Made by a program: the position numbers and the translations under genes. Positions 17,624 to 26,396 of a DNA stretch of 64,000 nt are shown here, one piece after another (the first letter of the stretch is position 1; every line of letters begins with the position of its first letter). This DNA is from Planctomycetota bacterium. Lineage in GTDB: Bacteria > Planctomycetota > Planctomycetia > Pirellulales > Pirellulaceae. Below the pieces are notes generated by a model. That model was given only the letters and a program-made list of their open reading frames with translations. It made no database searches and was not told the origin of the DNA. The stretch lies in NCBI GenBank assembly GCA_036336715.1, contig JAYZFP010000074.1, forward strand, positions 18,531-82,530, given 5' to 3'.

Positions 17624-19348
17624 TCAGGAAACCAGCCAGACGAAACCACCGATGATACCACCCACGAAGACCCATCCGAGCAGAAATCCAAGGATTGATA
17701 ATCGGGACGGTCTGGGGATTTCCAAGCCAAAGGACGTCAGCAGCATCGCCCTTTCCGGGGGACTGTTTCCGTCGGGAAGTTGACAGGGCTCACCAATGAT
17801 TTCGCCCGACTCCACCGGAGTAATCGTCAGATCATAAAAACGGTTCAGGCGTTCACGGCAGACAGGTCGAGTCAACAGGCTGACAACAATGCCCGCAAGG
17901 GTGCCGGCGGAAAGGTACAGCAGGATCTGCCAAGGATCGTAAATCACTTCCTGTTGTTTATTCGAGACAACCAGGTGCAATGGTTCGGCGAAACTGAGGG
18001 ACTTTACCCAATCCACAAACCAGGGCCGGGTGATCAGGAACCAGGTTGCAAACCCGGTCAGGGTTGATGCCCAGGCTCCCGCAACCGTGGTGCGACGCCA
18101 CAACAGTCCCAGCCAGAACGCAATTCCAATCATGGGGCCAACTTTGTACCAGATTTTCAGTCCGGCAATGACGTCTTTTGTCAGGTAAGAAAATGCGACC
18201 CCCAGAATGACCACACAGAACGCCGCCAGGCGGCCGACCCAAACGTAATGTCCAGCGGTTCTATCCGGGCAGGCTACCTGGTAGATATTTTTTGTAAACA
18301 GACCACTCGATGCAATCATGAATGAATCACAACTGCTCATCACGGCGGCAAGCAGGGAAGCAATAAAAATACCCAGCATGCCCGGGACCAGCTGGGGAAG
18401 GAACCTGTAGGCCATATCCCCGTAAACCTTGTCCGGATCGATATCCTTCAACTGAATCCCTGATTTCAGGTACCAGGCCACTGCGGCAATCGCTGTCAGG
18501 CACCAGGCAATGGTGCAGACTCTTTTGATAAAAGTCCCGAACATGAAGCCAATCCGGCCATCCAGCTCGGTTTTTCCGGCCGCACAGTTTCCCATCACGC
18601 TCGGTACCGAGACAATCAGAAACAGGGCGTTAATCGAAACCATGACAATAAAAAAAACTCCAACGTTGCCCGGGGCGACCAGGCTCAACATGTCGCGGTC
18701 AAGGTTCGCTTGGCCGATGATTTCCTTCATCCCGGTGAAACCGCCAATCTCGTACATCACAACGGGCAACAACATGAAGGAAAAAATGATGGTCATGATG
18801 CCCTGGAAGAAATCGGTCATGATGGCGCCACCCAATCCCCCAGCCACGCCATAAAGGACAAACATCAGTGTCAGGACGGGGATCGCCAGGTTGGCATCGA
18901 TCATGCCACCAGTGCCCGCATCTATCAGGGCGCCGGCACCCTTCAGCATCACTCCAATCTTGACTGCCATGCTGGCGATCCCCACCACTGCAAACAGCAC
19001 CGAGACGCTCCGGTCAAACCGCAATTCATAGATGTCGGCCGTGGTCACGGCTCGAAATCGCCTCATCAGGGGTGCGATCAACCAGTAAAAGGGGGTCGAA
19101 AAAAGCCACATCCACTGGAACCAGATCCCGGAAAGGCCATTTTTCGCCGTTGCCGAGGCGACGGTGACCGCCTGGTCGGATGCGGTTCCCGTCCCGAACG
19201 CGTGCATGATCATGGTCGCTTTTCCAAACCGGCGAGGCATGAAAAATTCGGCTGCAGAAGAAATCCTTCGGCCCATCCAGGATCCGAGCAAAGTGATTCC
19301 AAGCAGGTAAAGAACCAGAACGATTGCGTCGATGGGATGGAGTTGCAT
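17624..19348 (-). CDS. Sodium:solute symporter (SSF) family transporter
   Basis: 574-aa polytopic membrane protein. The N-terminal pattern ILVLYLLGITLLGSWMGRR...FFMPRRFGK and GIWFQWMW are typical of the SSS family. Confidence 0.8.
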   Translation of the reverse strand: MQLHPIDAIVLVLYLLGITLLGSWMGRRISSAAEFFMPRRFGKATMIMHAFGTGTASDQAVTVASATAKNGLSGIWFQWMWLFSTPFYWLIAPLMRRFRAVTTADIYELRFDRSVSVLFAVVGIASMAVKIGVMLKGAGALIDAGTGGMIDANLAIPVLTLMFVLYGVAGGLGGAIMTDFFQGIMTIIFSFMLLPVVMYEIGGFTGMKEIIGQANLDRDMLSLVAPGNVGVFFIVMVSINALFLIVSVPSVMGNCAAGKTELDGRIGFMFGTFIKRVCTIAWCLTAIAAVAWYLKSGIQLKDIDPDKVYGDMAYRFLPQLVPGMLGIFIASLLAAVMSSCDSFMIASSGLFTKNIYQVACPDRTAGHYVWVGRLAAFCVVILGVAFSYLTKDVIAGLKIWYKVGPMIGIAFWLGLLWRRTTVAGAWASTLTGFATWFLITRPWFVDWVKSLSFAEPLHLVVSNKQQEVIYDPWQILLYLSAGTLAGIVVSLLTRPVCRERLNRFYDLTITPVESGEIIGEPCQLPDGNSPPERAMLLTSFGLEIPRPSRLSILGFLLGWVFVGGIIGGFVWLVS

Positions 19349-19465
19349 CGGATGACTGTGGCGGGACCGGTTTTCGTGTCGGCGGGTGGGTGGGTAGCCT
19401 GGTGATCGAAATGGCGATCGATCCGGGGTGAAGTGCCGGAAACGGGAGTGACTGTTCGAACGGGC

Positions 19466-20713
19466 TCAGGGAGTCCTGGTTTCCTTTTTCTTTTCCTGCT
19501 CGATGGACTGGTAAAGTTTGGCCAGTTTCAATGTGATCTCTTCGAGTTGCCGGAAGTAATCTTCTTCCTGCAGTTCCCCTTTTTGGGTTCTCAGGGTTTC
19601 GATTTGCAATTCGAGTTTTTTTCTCAGGCGCCGGTTTTCGGCTGACACCCGTTTTTCGAATTCGCTTTGGATCAGGTGGATCTGGTTGGCCAGAGGACCG
19701 TCCGGCAGGGAAGCATCCGCACTGCGTTTGATGACCCGTACTCCCTGGAAAAATCCGAGGGGCGTTCCCTTGCCATCACCGTTGTCGTCTATCAAGGCGT
19801 GTTCGGTCGCCAAACGGGACTCCGATCTGTAGAACTCCTCGACTTTCCGCGAAGCCGACAGAAACGACTCAAGCAGGGAGACCTGCTCGTCCTTGTCGAT
19901 ATCCGCTTCGAGGTCCGAGAGCGCCTTGGCGAAGTAGAGGCCAAATTTGGCATAATTGAGTTCAAAACCGCTCTTGGTAGCCGTGACCACCACCCGGCCC
20001 GGAACGGCCAACTGGTTGATAAATGGCGCGCTGGAAGATGAGCAATTGATGATGGCGACCGGTCGTTTCGATTTTTCAAGCCACTGGTTGAGTTCCAGGG
20101 CACTGACGTCCGGCCCGCGAAGATTGAACTTGGCATGCTTCCGATCGTAGGTGCCATGCCCCACGAGAATGATCCACAGCTGCGAATTGCCGTCGTGCCG
20201 TGCCTCGACAGCGGTCCTCAATTGCTGCTTGTCAGTTTTCCGGGTGACATTGGTCCCCCGGCCAGAATCTTTATTTGTGCCTGCCTGGCTCTCCGGAACT
20301 GACGCTGCACCGATCCAACAGAAATCGGAGGCCGATTTTCGGGCTGCATCCCGGACCAGTGAGCATGTCTCCCTGAATTCTGCCTCGAACTCTTCGGAAC
20401 CTGCGGCTCCCTGGACCACTATGATCGATTGCGGCTGGTTGGCACCTCTCGAGTCACCGCCGGTTATCCGGTTTTCATCGGGCAGGGAGTTGGAATTTGG
20501 AGAGGCATTGCTGTTCGAAGCAGCATTCGTGCCGACCGGCGGGGGATTCTTTTCCTGCAGGGCCGGTAAAACGTGGCCACCCAAGGCGCTACCGAGGCAG
20601 AAAATGGTCAGCGACAGCCAGGCCTTGCAGGAGATGCCTGTATGGCATGGCCGGATGCAGCCGGCATTTCCGAAGGCAATTTCAAACCACTTTTTTAATA
20701 CCATGAAAATCAT
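19466..20713 (-). CDS. Clan CD cysteine-peptidase-like protein (C13/legumain-like) with C-terminal coiled coil
   Basis: A hydrophobic strand plus His-Gly (LWIILVGHG) and, 38 residues later, a hydrophobic strand plus Cys (VAIINCSSS). Legumain has about 41 residues between H and C. A DDNGDGKG loop and a K/E/Q-rich helical tail follow. Confidence 0.5.
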   Translation of the reverse strand: MIFMVLKKWFEIAFGNAGCIRPCHTGISCKAWLSLTIFCLGSALGGHVLPALQEKNPPPVGTNAASNSNASPNSNSLPDENRITGGDSRGANQPQSIIVVQGAAGSEEFEAEFRETCSLVRDAARKSASDFCWIGAASVPESQAGTNKDSGRGTNVTRKTDKQQLRTAVEARHDGNSQLWIILVGHGTYDRKHAKFNLRGPDVSALELNQWLEKSKRPVAIINCSSSSAPFINQLAVPGRVVVTATKSGFELNYAKFGLYFAKALSDLEADIDKDEQVSLLESFLSASRKVEEFYRSESRLATEHALIDDNGDGKGTPLGFFQGVRVIKRSADASLPDGPLANQIHLIQSEFEKRVSAENRRLRKKLELQIETLRTQKGELQEEDYFRQLEEITLKLAKLYQSIEQEKKKETRTP

Positions 20714-20958
20714 GGGGCCAGTCTAACACCCGTTTGTCAAAAACCAAAATGAGAGCTGTATTCACGGTCCGGTTTTTATTGGAGAATGCAGTTGCGTGAA
20801 GCGGTTGCGTCCCGGGTAAGCGCCAAGAGGCATCGTTTCGGGCGACGAATCAGGGCCCCACGGGGCCCGAATGCAAACGAAATCCATACGGGGCAACCGA
20901 TTCCCGAGATTCCCTCTTTGGAGGGACACCAACCCTTCTTTCCAGAAAAGTGACGGTT

Positions 20959-21606
20959 ATGAACGATCGAAGACATTTCATTACCGGCTGTTCCGCTCTT
21001 TCGGCGGTCAGCCTGTTACCCGCCTGGGCCTTTGCCGATGAACTGACCCGCACTCCTACCCAGACAGAAGGACCGTTTTACCCTGACCGGCTTCCACTGG
21101 ATACTGATAATGATCTGTTGATCATCAATGACGGAATTACCCAGGCGATTGGGCAGGTGACTCACCTCACGGGTAGGGTGCTGGACATGAAGGGAGATCC
21201 CGTTCGCAATGCGTTGGTTGAAATCTGGCAAGTGGACGGCAAGGGACGCTATCTTCATTCTCAAGATGCCAAACGAGGTGGCAGTGACCGGAATTTCCAG
21301 GGATTTGGGAGATTCCTTACCGGTTCCAAGGGGTCGTACTACTTTCGCACAGTCAAACCAGTCCCCTATCCTGGCCGGACCCCCCACATCCACGTGGCCG
21401 TCAAGCTGCGCGGAAAAAAACGGCTGGTCACCCAGTGTTACATCAAGGGAGAACCCCAGAACCGGAAGGATGGAGTGTTGAACCGCATCAAGGAAGAAAA
21501 GGCGAGGAACTCGTTACTGGTGGATTTCAGGAAAGTGCCCGATTCCCGGATCGGTGAATTGCAGGCCCGGTTTGATATTGTTCTGGGATTCACGCCTGAA
21601 GGATAA
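20959..21606 (+). CDS. Intradiol ring-cleavage dioxygenase family protein (protocatechuate 3,4-dioxygenase beta-like), Tat-exported
   Basis: Tat signal MNDRRHFITGCSALSAVSLLPAWAFA; TEGPFYP; VEIWQVDGKGRY; YYFRTVKPVPYPGRTPHIHV. Confidence 0.75.
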   Translation: MNDRRHFITGCSALSAVSLLPAWAFADELTRTPTQTEGPFYPDRLPLDTDNDLLIINDGITQAIGQVTHLTGRVLDMKGDPVRNALVEIWQVDGKGRYLHSQDAKRGGSDRNFQGFGRFLTGSKGSYYFRTVKPVPYPGRTPHIHVAVKLRGKKRLVTQCYIKGEPQNRKDGVLNRIKEEKARNSLLVDFRKVPDSRIGELQARFDIVLGFTPEG

Positions 21607-21611
21607 GCGAG

Positions 21612-23027
21612 TTGAGCAGAGTCGCAATCATGGGTGGGGGAATTACCGGTTTGGCTGCCGCCCATCATCTCGAAGAATTGAATCCGGATGTTGAGATCGA
21701 TCTGTTTGAATCGGACATTCGGGTTGGGGGTGTCCTGCAGACCGAATTTTCCGGGGGCTTTCTCGTGGAGCATTCGGCGGACATGTTCACCACGCGAGAG
21801 CGTGGGGCCATCGATTTGTGTGAAAGGATTGGTTTTGCCGACCAGTTGCTGGAAACCAATCGCCAGCACCAGCGGGCTTTCATCGCGGCGGGATCAAAGC
21901 TTGTCCCGGTGCCACGTGGACTGAACCTGATGACCCCGTCGGATCTCGATGCAATTCGAACCACAACGTTGCTTTCGGACGACGGGAAAAGACGGTTCCT
22001 GGAAGAAGAAAAAATCCCCGCGCGAACGGGTGATGTGGATGAGTCGCTGAAAGCCTTTGCCGTTCGCAGGTTTGGAAAAGAGGCCTACGAAAAAATCATT
22101 CAGCCGCTGGTCGGAGGCATTTACACAGCCGATCCGGAAAAATTGAGTTTGCAGGCGACCTTGCCGCAATACCACGCCATGGAAAAAGAAAGCGGAAGCA
22201 TCATTGCTGCCTGCCGCAAGGCAGCTGGCAAAGGCACATCCGTTGAAGCCAAAACCAGTGGTGCCCGCTACAACCTTTTCCTCGCTCCGCGAAAAGGTAT
22301 GGGATCCCTGGTGGAAGCCCTGGCGAATCGTCTGCAAAGGACTTCCATCCGGTTGGATTCACGGGTTACCCGGGTCTCCTGCAACGTTGATGGCAATATT
22401 GCGAACTGGTCATTGACCAGTCAGGGCAAGGTGATGGGCTCCTACGCGGCAGTGATCGCAACCAGCCCCGCCAGCGACGTTGCGGGATGCCTCGACTCCC
22501 GCTACGCTGGTCTGAAGCAGCGTTTGTCTGAACTCAGAACGGCCAGTTCGGCAATCGTCATTCATGGATTTGATCGAAAGCAGGTTTGTCATCCGTTGGA
22601 TGGATTCGGATTCGTGGTTCCGTTGAGTGAGCATAGAAAAATCCTGGCCAGCAGCTTTTCCAGCATCAAGTTTTCCGGCCGTTGCCCTGAGGCTGATGTT
22701 CTGATCCGATCCTTTGTTGGGGGAGGCTGCCAGGCAGAATTACTGGAACATCCCGATGACGAAATCAACGAAATGGCGCTCAAGGAATTGCAGGAACTGA
22801 TCGGTGTTCGCCAGCCCAGTTTCAGCAGGTTGATTCGGTGGAACGATTCGATGCCCCAGTATCACCTGGGTCACCTGACCCGGGTCAAGCAGATCGAAGA
22901 TGAGGTTAACGGCATTCCGGGGCTGGAATTGGCGGGAAAGTGGTTACGGGGTGTCGGGATTCCAGCGTGTATCGAGAGCGGAGAAAATGCCGCGACCCGG
23001 TGCCATGACTACCTGGTTTCCGCATGA
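21612..23027 (+). CDS. hemY: Protoporphyrinogen/coproporphyrinogen III oxidase (HemY/CgoX type, FAD)
   Basis: TTG start. Dinucleotide fold VAIMGGGITGLAAAHHL...DLFESDIRVGGV, 471 aa, and C-terminal GKWLRGVGIPACIESG typical of HemY. Confidence 0.8.
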   Translation: MSRVAIMGGGITGLAAAHHLEELNPDVEIDLFESDIRVGGVLQTEFSGGFLVEHSADMFTTRERGAIDLCERIGFADQLLETNRQHQRAFIAAGSKLVPVPRGLNLMTPSDLDAIRTTTLLSDDGKRRFLEEEKIPARTGDVDESLKAFAVRRFGKEAYEKIIQPLVGGIYTADPEKLSLQATLPQYHAMEKESGSIIAACRKAAGKGTSVEAKTSGARYNLFLAPRKGMGSLVEALANRLQRTSIRLDSRVTRVSCNVDGNIANWSLTSQGKVMGSYAAVIATSPASDVAGCLDSRYAGLKQRLSELRTASSAIVIHGFDRKQVCHPLDGFGFVVPLSEHRKILASSFSSIKFSGRCPEADVLIRSFVGGGCQAELLEHPDDEINEMALKELQELIGVRQPSFSRLIRWNDSMPQYHLGHLTRVKQIEDEVNGIPGLELAGKWLRGVGIPACIESGENAATRCHDYLVSA

Positions 23028-23108
23028 ACGGCTGAAAGGTCACATGATTCCGTTCATTCGAGGCGAAACGCCGAAGGATGTGCCGAATAAATGGTGGCGC
23101 AAAAAAAA

Positions 23109-23171
23109 GACCGACACCCCAACGCTGGGGCAGAAAGAGCGTTAGAGGTGCGGTCGTTGTTCTTTTTTTTT
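23109..23171 (+). terminator. Structured terminator-like hairpin downstream of hemY
   Basis: Outer stem GACCGACACC (23109-18) / GGTGCGGTC (23147-55). Inner stem AACGCT/AGCGTT. Flanked by A8 upstream and a T-rich run (GTTGTTCT9) downstream. Confidence 0.45.
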
Positions 23172-23187
23172 GTGGCGGGACTGTTTT

Positions 23188-23255
23188 TTTGGCGGCAGTT
23201 CCCTTTGGCGGCAGTTTACAGGCGGTTAATTTACAGGCGGTTAATTTACAGGGCG
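23188..23255. repeat. Short tandem direct repeats (13-bp x2, then 15-bp x2.7)
   Basis: TTTGGCGGCAGTT at 23188-23200 and 23204-23216. TTACAGGCGGTTAAT at 23216-23230 and 23231-23245, plus a partial TTACAGGGCG at 23246-23255. Confidence 0.9.
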
Positions 23256-23731
23256 TTCGTCTTGGTTTTCTGAACCGATCAAAAAGCAACTGATCAAAAG
23301 GTCACAGGGAGCTGCTCTCTTACCGACTCCGCAAATGAAACGCCCGCCCAGCTGCTTTGTACCTGCACAAAATTTGTGTAATTGTCATTTTTTTTCAAGT
23401 TCAACAGGGGATCGGACGAGATCGCCTTTTAATGTAATTCTATCGCACTTTAAGATTTTTCAATGGGGGGGTATTGCTTCTTAGGTGTTTGCGAACGGGC
23501 AAGATGCCGGGATGCCTGACGTTCCCAGGCACGAAAAGAACCGGTGGTTGGGCAGACGCCACGATGGGCTCATGCACCAGGGTCTTTTTTCAGAAAACGC
23601 CCACGATCATTTCCCCGGGAAACGGGTATGCGTGTCAACTCCTGCAAGACCCATGACGAACTGTTCCTGAAACTGACCCTTGTTCAGTGGTTTTGAATTT
23701 CCTGTCCCGGTCCACTGTCACGAACGTTTTT

Positions 23732-24283
23732 CTAAAAGAAAAAATTGGTTCTCTCTTTTCGGTTGGTCGGATCGTGATGGGAGTATTCGACGATCCGCCA
23801 TTTTCCATCGCTCTCTTTTTCAAAGTTGAGCACGACGTCGCGCCAGGCGGAACCCTGGTAACCTTTCATCGTGAGATTGACGCTGACCATGAAGTCGGCC
23901 GAAGCCCGAGCCGGGTTGTTTTCATCGACGGTGATTTTGTGAAAAGTCATCAGGTTACAGGAATTGAAGTCGTAAGATGGCATTTCACTGCGTGCCCGGT
24001 CGACGACCTCCGGACGGGACTTCGACACATGCTGAAGGAGCCCCTCAACATCATTTTGTTCCACGATGTCTGCCAGGCGGCTGACCACATTTCTGATTTC
24101 TTCACGGGGAGTCACCACCCATCGCTCGACAAGAACCCCCAAAGCGATCAGGCCCACCAGGATGTGACTGACGATCCACAGTCGCCTGTTTCTGAAATGA
24201 TGTGCCATGACGTAAAACGGCACGGTCAGGAACATGCCATAGCCGACAATTTTGAAGCTGCTCTCAAAAAAGAACTCACGCAT
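23732..24283 (-). CDS. Membrane protein with C-terminal NTF2/SnoaL-like-looking domain (hypothetical)
   Basis: Start MREFFFESSF. Two TM helices (IVGYGMFLTVPFYVMA; IVSHILVGLIALGVLV), then a soluble domain ending ...ESDGKWRIVEYSHHDP. It is much more protein-like than the overlapping plus-strand ORF. Confidence 0.6.
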   Translation of the reverse strand: MREFFFESSFKIVGYGMFLTVPFYVMAHHFRNRRLWIVSHILVGLIALGVLVERWVVTPREEIRNVVSRLADIVEQNDVEGLLQHVSKSRPEVVDRARSEMPSYDFNSCNLMTFHKITVDENNPARASADFMVSVNLTMKGYQGSAWRDVVLNFEKESDGKWRIVEYSHHDPTNRKERTNFFF

Positions 24284-25259
24284 ATTGCACCTCCCAAAGT
24301 TGGTTTGCGGATGCCCCCTGTGGTGGCACCGGGGAATCTGCCTCATCTCTGATTAGCAGGTTAACTGAATCCGCCAAACCCGCAATTGTTTTGCCGAAAA
24401 AAGGCGCAACAGGGCTCTAGTGGAAAGATTGCTCCCGGTAAGGTGTTTTTGAATCCTGTTTTGCGCAAATGGGTTGACTCTTTCGAATCGGGATGAAGCA
24501 AACTTTTCGTCGGGTTCAAGGAAATGGGGGCTGTTCTTTTGCTGCCGTTCCAACCGGGCGACAGGTGGCATGCTTTCGCTGACAACCGGCCGGGGTATTT
24601 TTGAAATGTCCCGGCCCGGTTATCCCCTGCATTCAAAAAAGGTGTCTGGCTGAGAAGCGACATCGACACTTTTCAGGTCGGCTTCGATTGGTTTCTTCCA
24701 TTCTTGCCATTGGTCCCTGTCCGGCGAATAGCAGACGATGATCGGTACCCTCGATTCAAGACCCGACCGCTTTGGAGGATTCATCCCGACCGGGTATCAG
24801 AACAGGTGTTATGGAAATTCGCGCCAACACCGACTTTTGATCGGCAGCCAGTCTACTGAGGTGGGGGCTTCCAATCCACCAGCCGATGCCTGGGAACAAT
24901 GCGGATCAGGAATTCACCCGTTTTCGGCATGACAAATACAGGGATTTCATTGGCATCCTCGACCGGACGCCCCATTTGGACCGGCCTGCCATCGTGCCAG
25001 CAGGTGCCAGGGCAAAAAAATTCCGGTAGCAGGCCGCCCAGCCAGGGAAACATTCCCTCGACGGGCAGAAACCGTACCGACGATCGACACCTGTGGGGAA
25101 CCAAAATCCAAAATGGCAGGGTGCCGCACACTGAATCAACGCCTGCGTACTACTTGGATTGTTGAACAAAGTTGTAAAAATATAACTCGTTCGGTTGTTT
25201 CAAGGAGTGGCCGTTCCACGGGCGAGTATTTCCAGTTTTTTCCGTTTTTACGAATTCGC

Positions 25260-26342
25260 ATGCAAAATTATGATGCCCTGTTGTTTGTTTCATTTGGTGG
25301 CCCGGAAGGCCCCGATGACGTGCTCCCGTTTTTGGAAAACGTACTCCGGGGGAAAAATGTCCCGCGGGAAAGAATGTTGGAGGTCTCCGAGCATTACCAG
25401 GCCTTTGGCGGTGTCAGCCCAATCAACGAGCAAAACCGGAAGTTGATTGGGGCGATCGAGCAGGAACTGAGTCGGCACGGGATGGATTTGCCGGTTTACT
25501 GGGGGAACCGGAATTGGTACCCCATGATTCCGGAAGCACTGGAGCAGATCCGGAAGGATGGACATCGGCGGGTACTGGCTTTCATGACCTCAGCCTTCAG
25601 TTGCTATTCGGGGTGCCGACAGTACCGTGAGGATTTGCAGAAGGCACAGGTTCAGATCGGTGATACGGAGCTGTCCTTTGGCAAGATCAGGGCTTTTTAT
25701 AATCATCCCGGGTTTGTCGAGGCCTTTTCTGAAAGGGTGCAGGAATCACTTTCCCATTTTGAACAGACGTCATCGGTGAAAATCCTGTTCACCGCCCACT
25801 CGATACCCGATGCCATGGCCAACCACTGTGCTTACGCCCAGCAATTGCAGGAGGCTTGCCAGCTGGTTTGTGAGAGACTTGGCCATGATGATTTTGAGCT
25901 GGTTTTTCAAAGCCGCAGCGGCCCTCCCCACCAACCCTGGCTGGAACCGGATGTCTGCGATCGGGTTGCTGAACTCGCGTCCGAGGGACAAAAGGAACTG
26001 GTGATTGCCCCGATTGGGTTCATCTCGGACCATATGGAGGTGCTGTTTGATCTCGATACCGAAGCCAGGGAGTTGTGTGACCAGCACGGTATCAGGATGG
26101 AGCGAACACCAACGGTGGGAACGCATCCCCGGTTCGTGAGGATGGTTCGGGAATTGATCGAGGAACGACAGGACGATGCCCTTCCAAGGCAGTTTCTCGG
26201 TTCCCGGGGTGCGGTACCGGATGTGTGTCCTGCAAACTGCTGTCTCAGCGGCCGTCCAACCGGACAACCCGGCAGGCCTTCAGAGAAAGGTGCATCCGGC
26301 AGGCCTGCTGCGGAAGTGAGAGGTGGTCGCCCGGAAAGCTGA
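25260..26342 (+). CDS. hemH: Ferrochelatase (or coproporphyrin ferrochelatase) with C-terminal Cys / Pro-Gly-Arg-rich extension
   Basis: MQNYDALLFVSFGGPEGPDDVLPFLENV, FTAHSIP and ISDHMEVLFDLD motifs. ATG 25260 gives the canonical N-terminus. The tail contains VCPANCC. Confidence 0.9.
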   Translation: MQNYDALLFVSFGGPEGPDDVLPFLENVLRGKNVPRERMLEVSEHYQAFGGVSPINEQNRKLIGAIEQELSRHGMDLPVYWGNRNWYPMIPEALEQIRKDGHRRVLAFMTSAFSCYSGCRQYREDLQKAQVQIGDTELSFGKIRAFYNHPGFVEAFSERVQESLSHFEQTSSVKILFTAHSIPDAMANHCAYAQQLQEACQLVCERLGHDDFELVFQSRSGPPHQPWLEPDVCDRVAELASEGQKELVIAPIGFISDHMEVLFDLDTEARELCDQHGIRMERTPTVGTHPRFVRMVRELIEERQDDALPRQFLGSRGAVPDVCPANCCLSGRPTGQPGRPSEKGASGRPAAEVRGGRPES

Positions 26343-26396
26343 ACAGGGAGGTTGGAGAATCAGTCAGTCACCGTTTCCTCGATTCAACGAAAAAAG

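Noticed and set aside
23188-23255. Whether the short repeats are a CRISPR array.
   Set aside because: The units are only 13-15 bp and directly abutting with no spacers. There are fewer than three full copies and no cas genes anywhere in the window.
22906-23289. A 127-aa minus-strand ORF that translates the tandem repeats as CKLTACKLTACKL and overlaps the hemY 3' end.
   Set aside because: It is held open only by the repeats and the A/T runs. It overlaps a confident CDS and a terminator hairpin.
23687-24352. A 221-aa plus-strand ORF overlapping the 23732..24283 minus-strand gene.
   Set aside because: The minus-strand product has two clean TM helices and a folded-looking domain. The plus-strand product has neither. 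Only one of them can be real.
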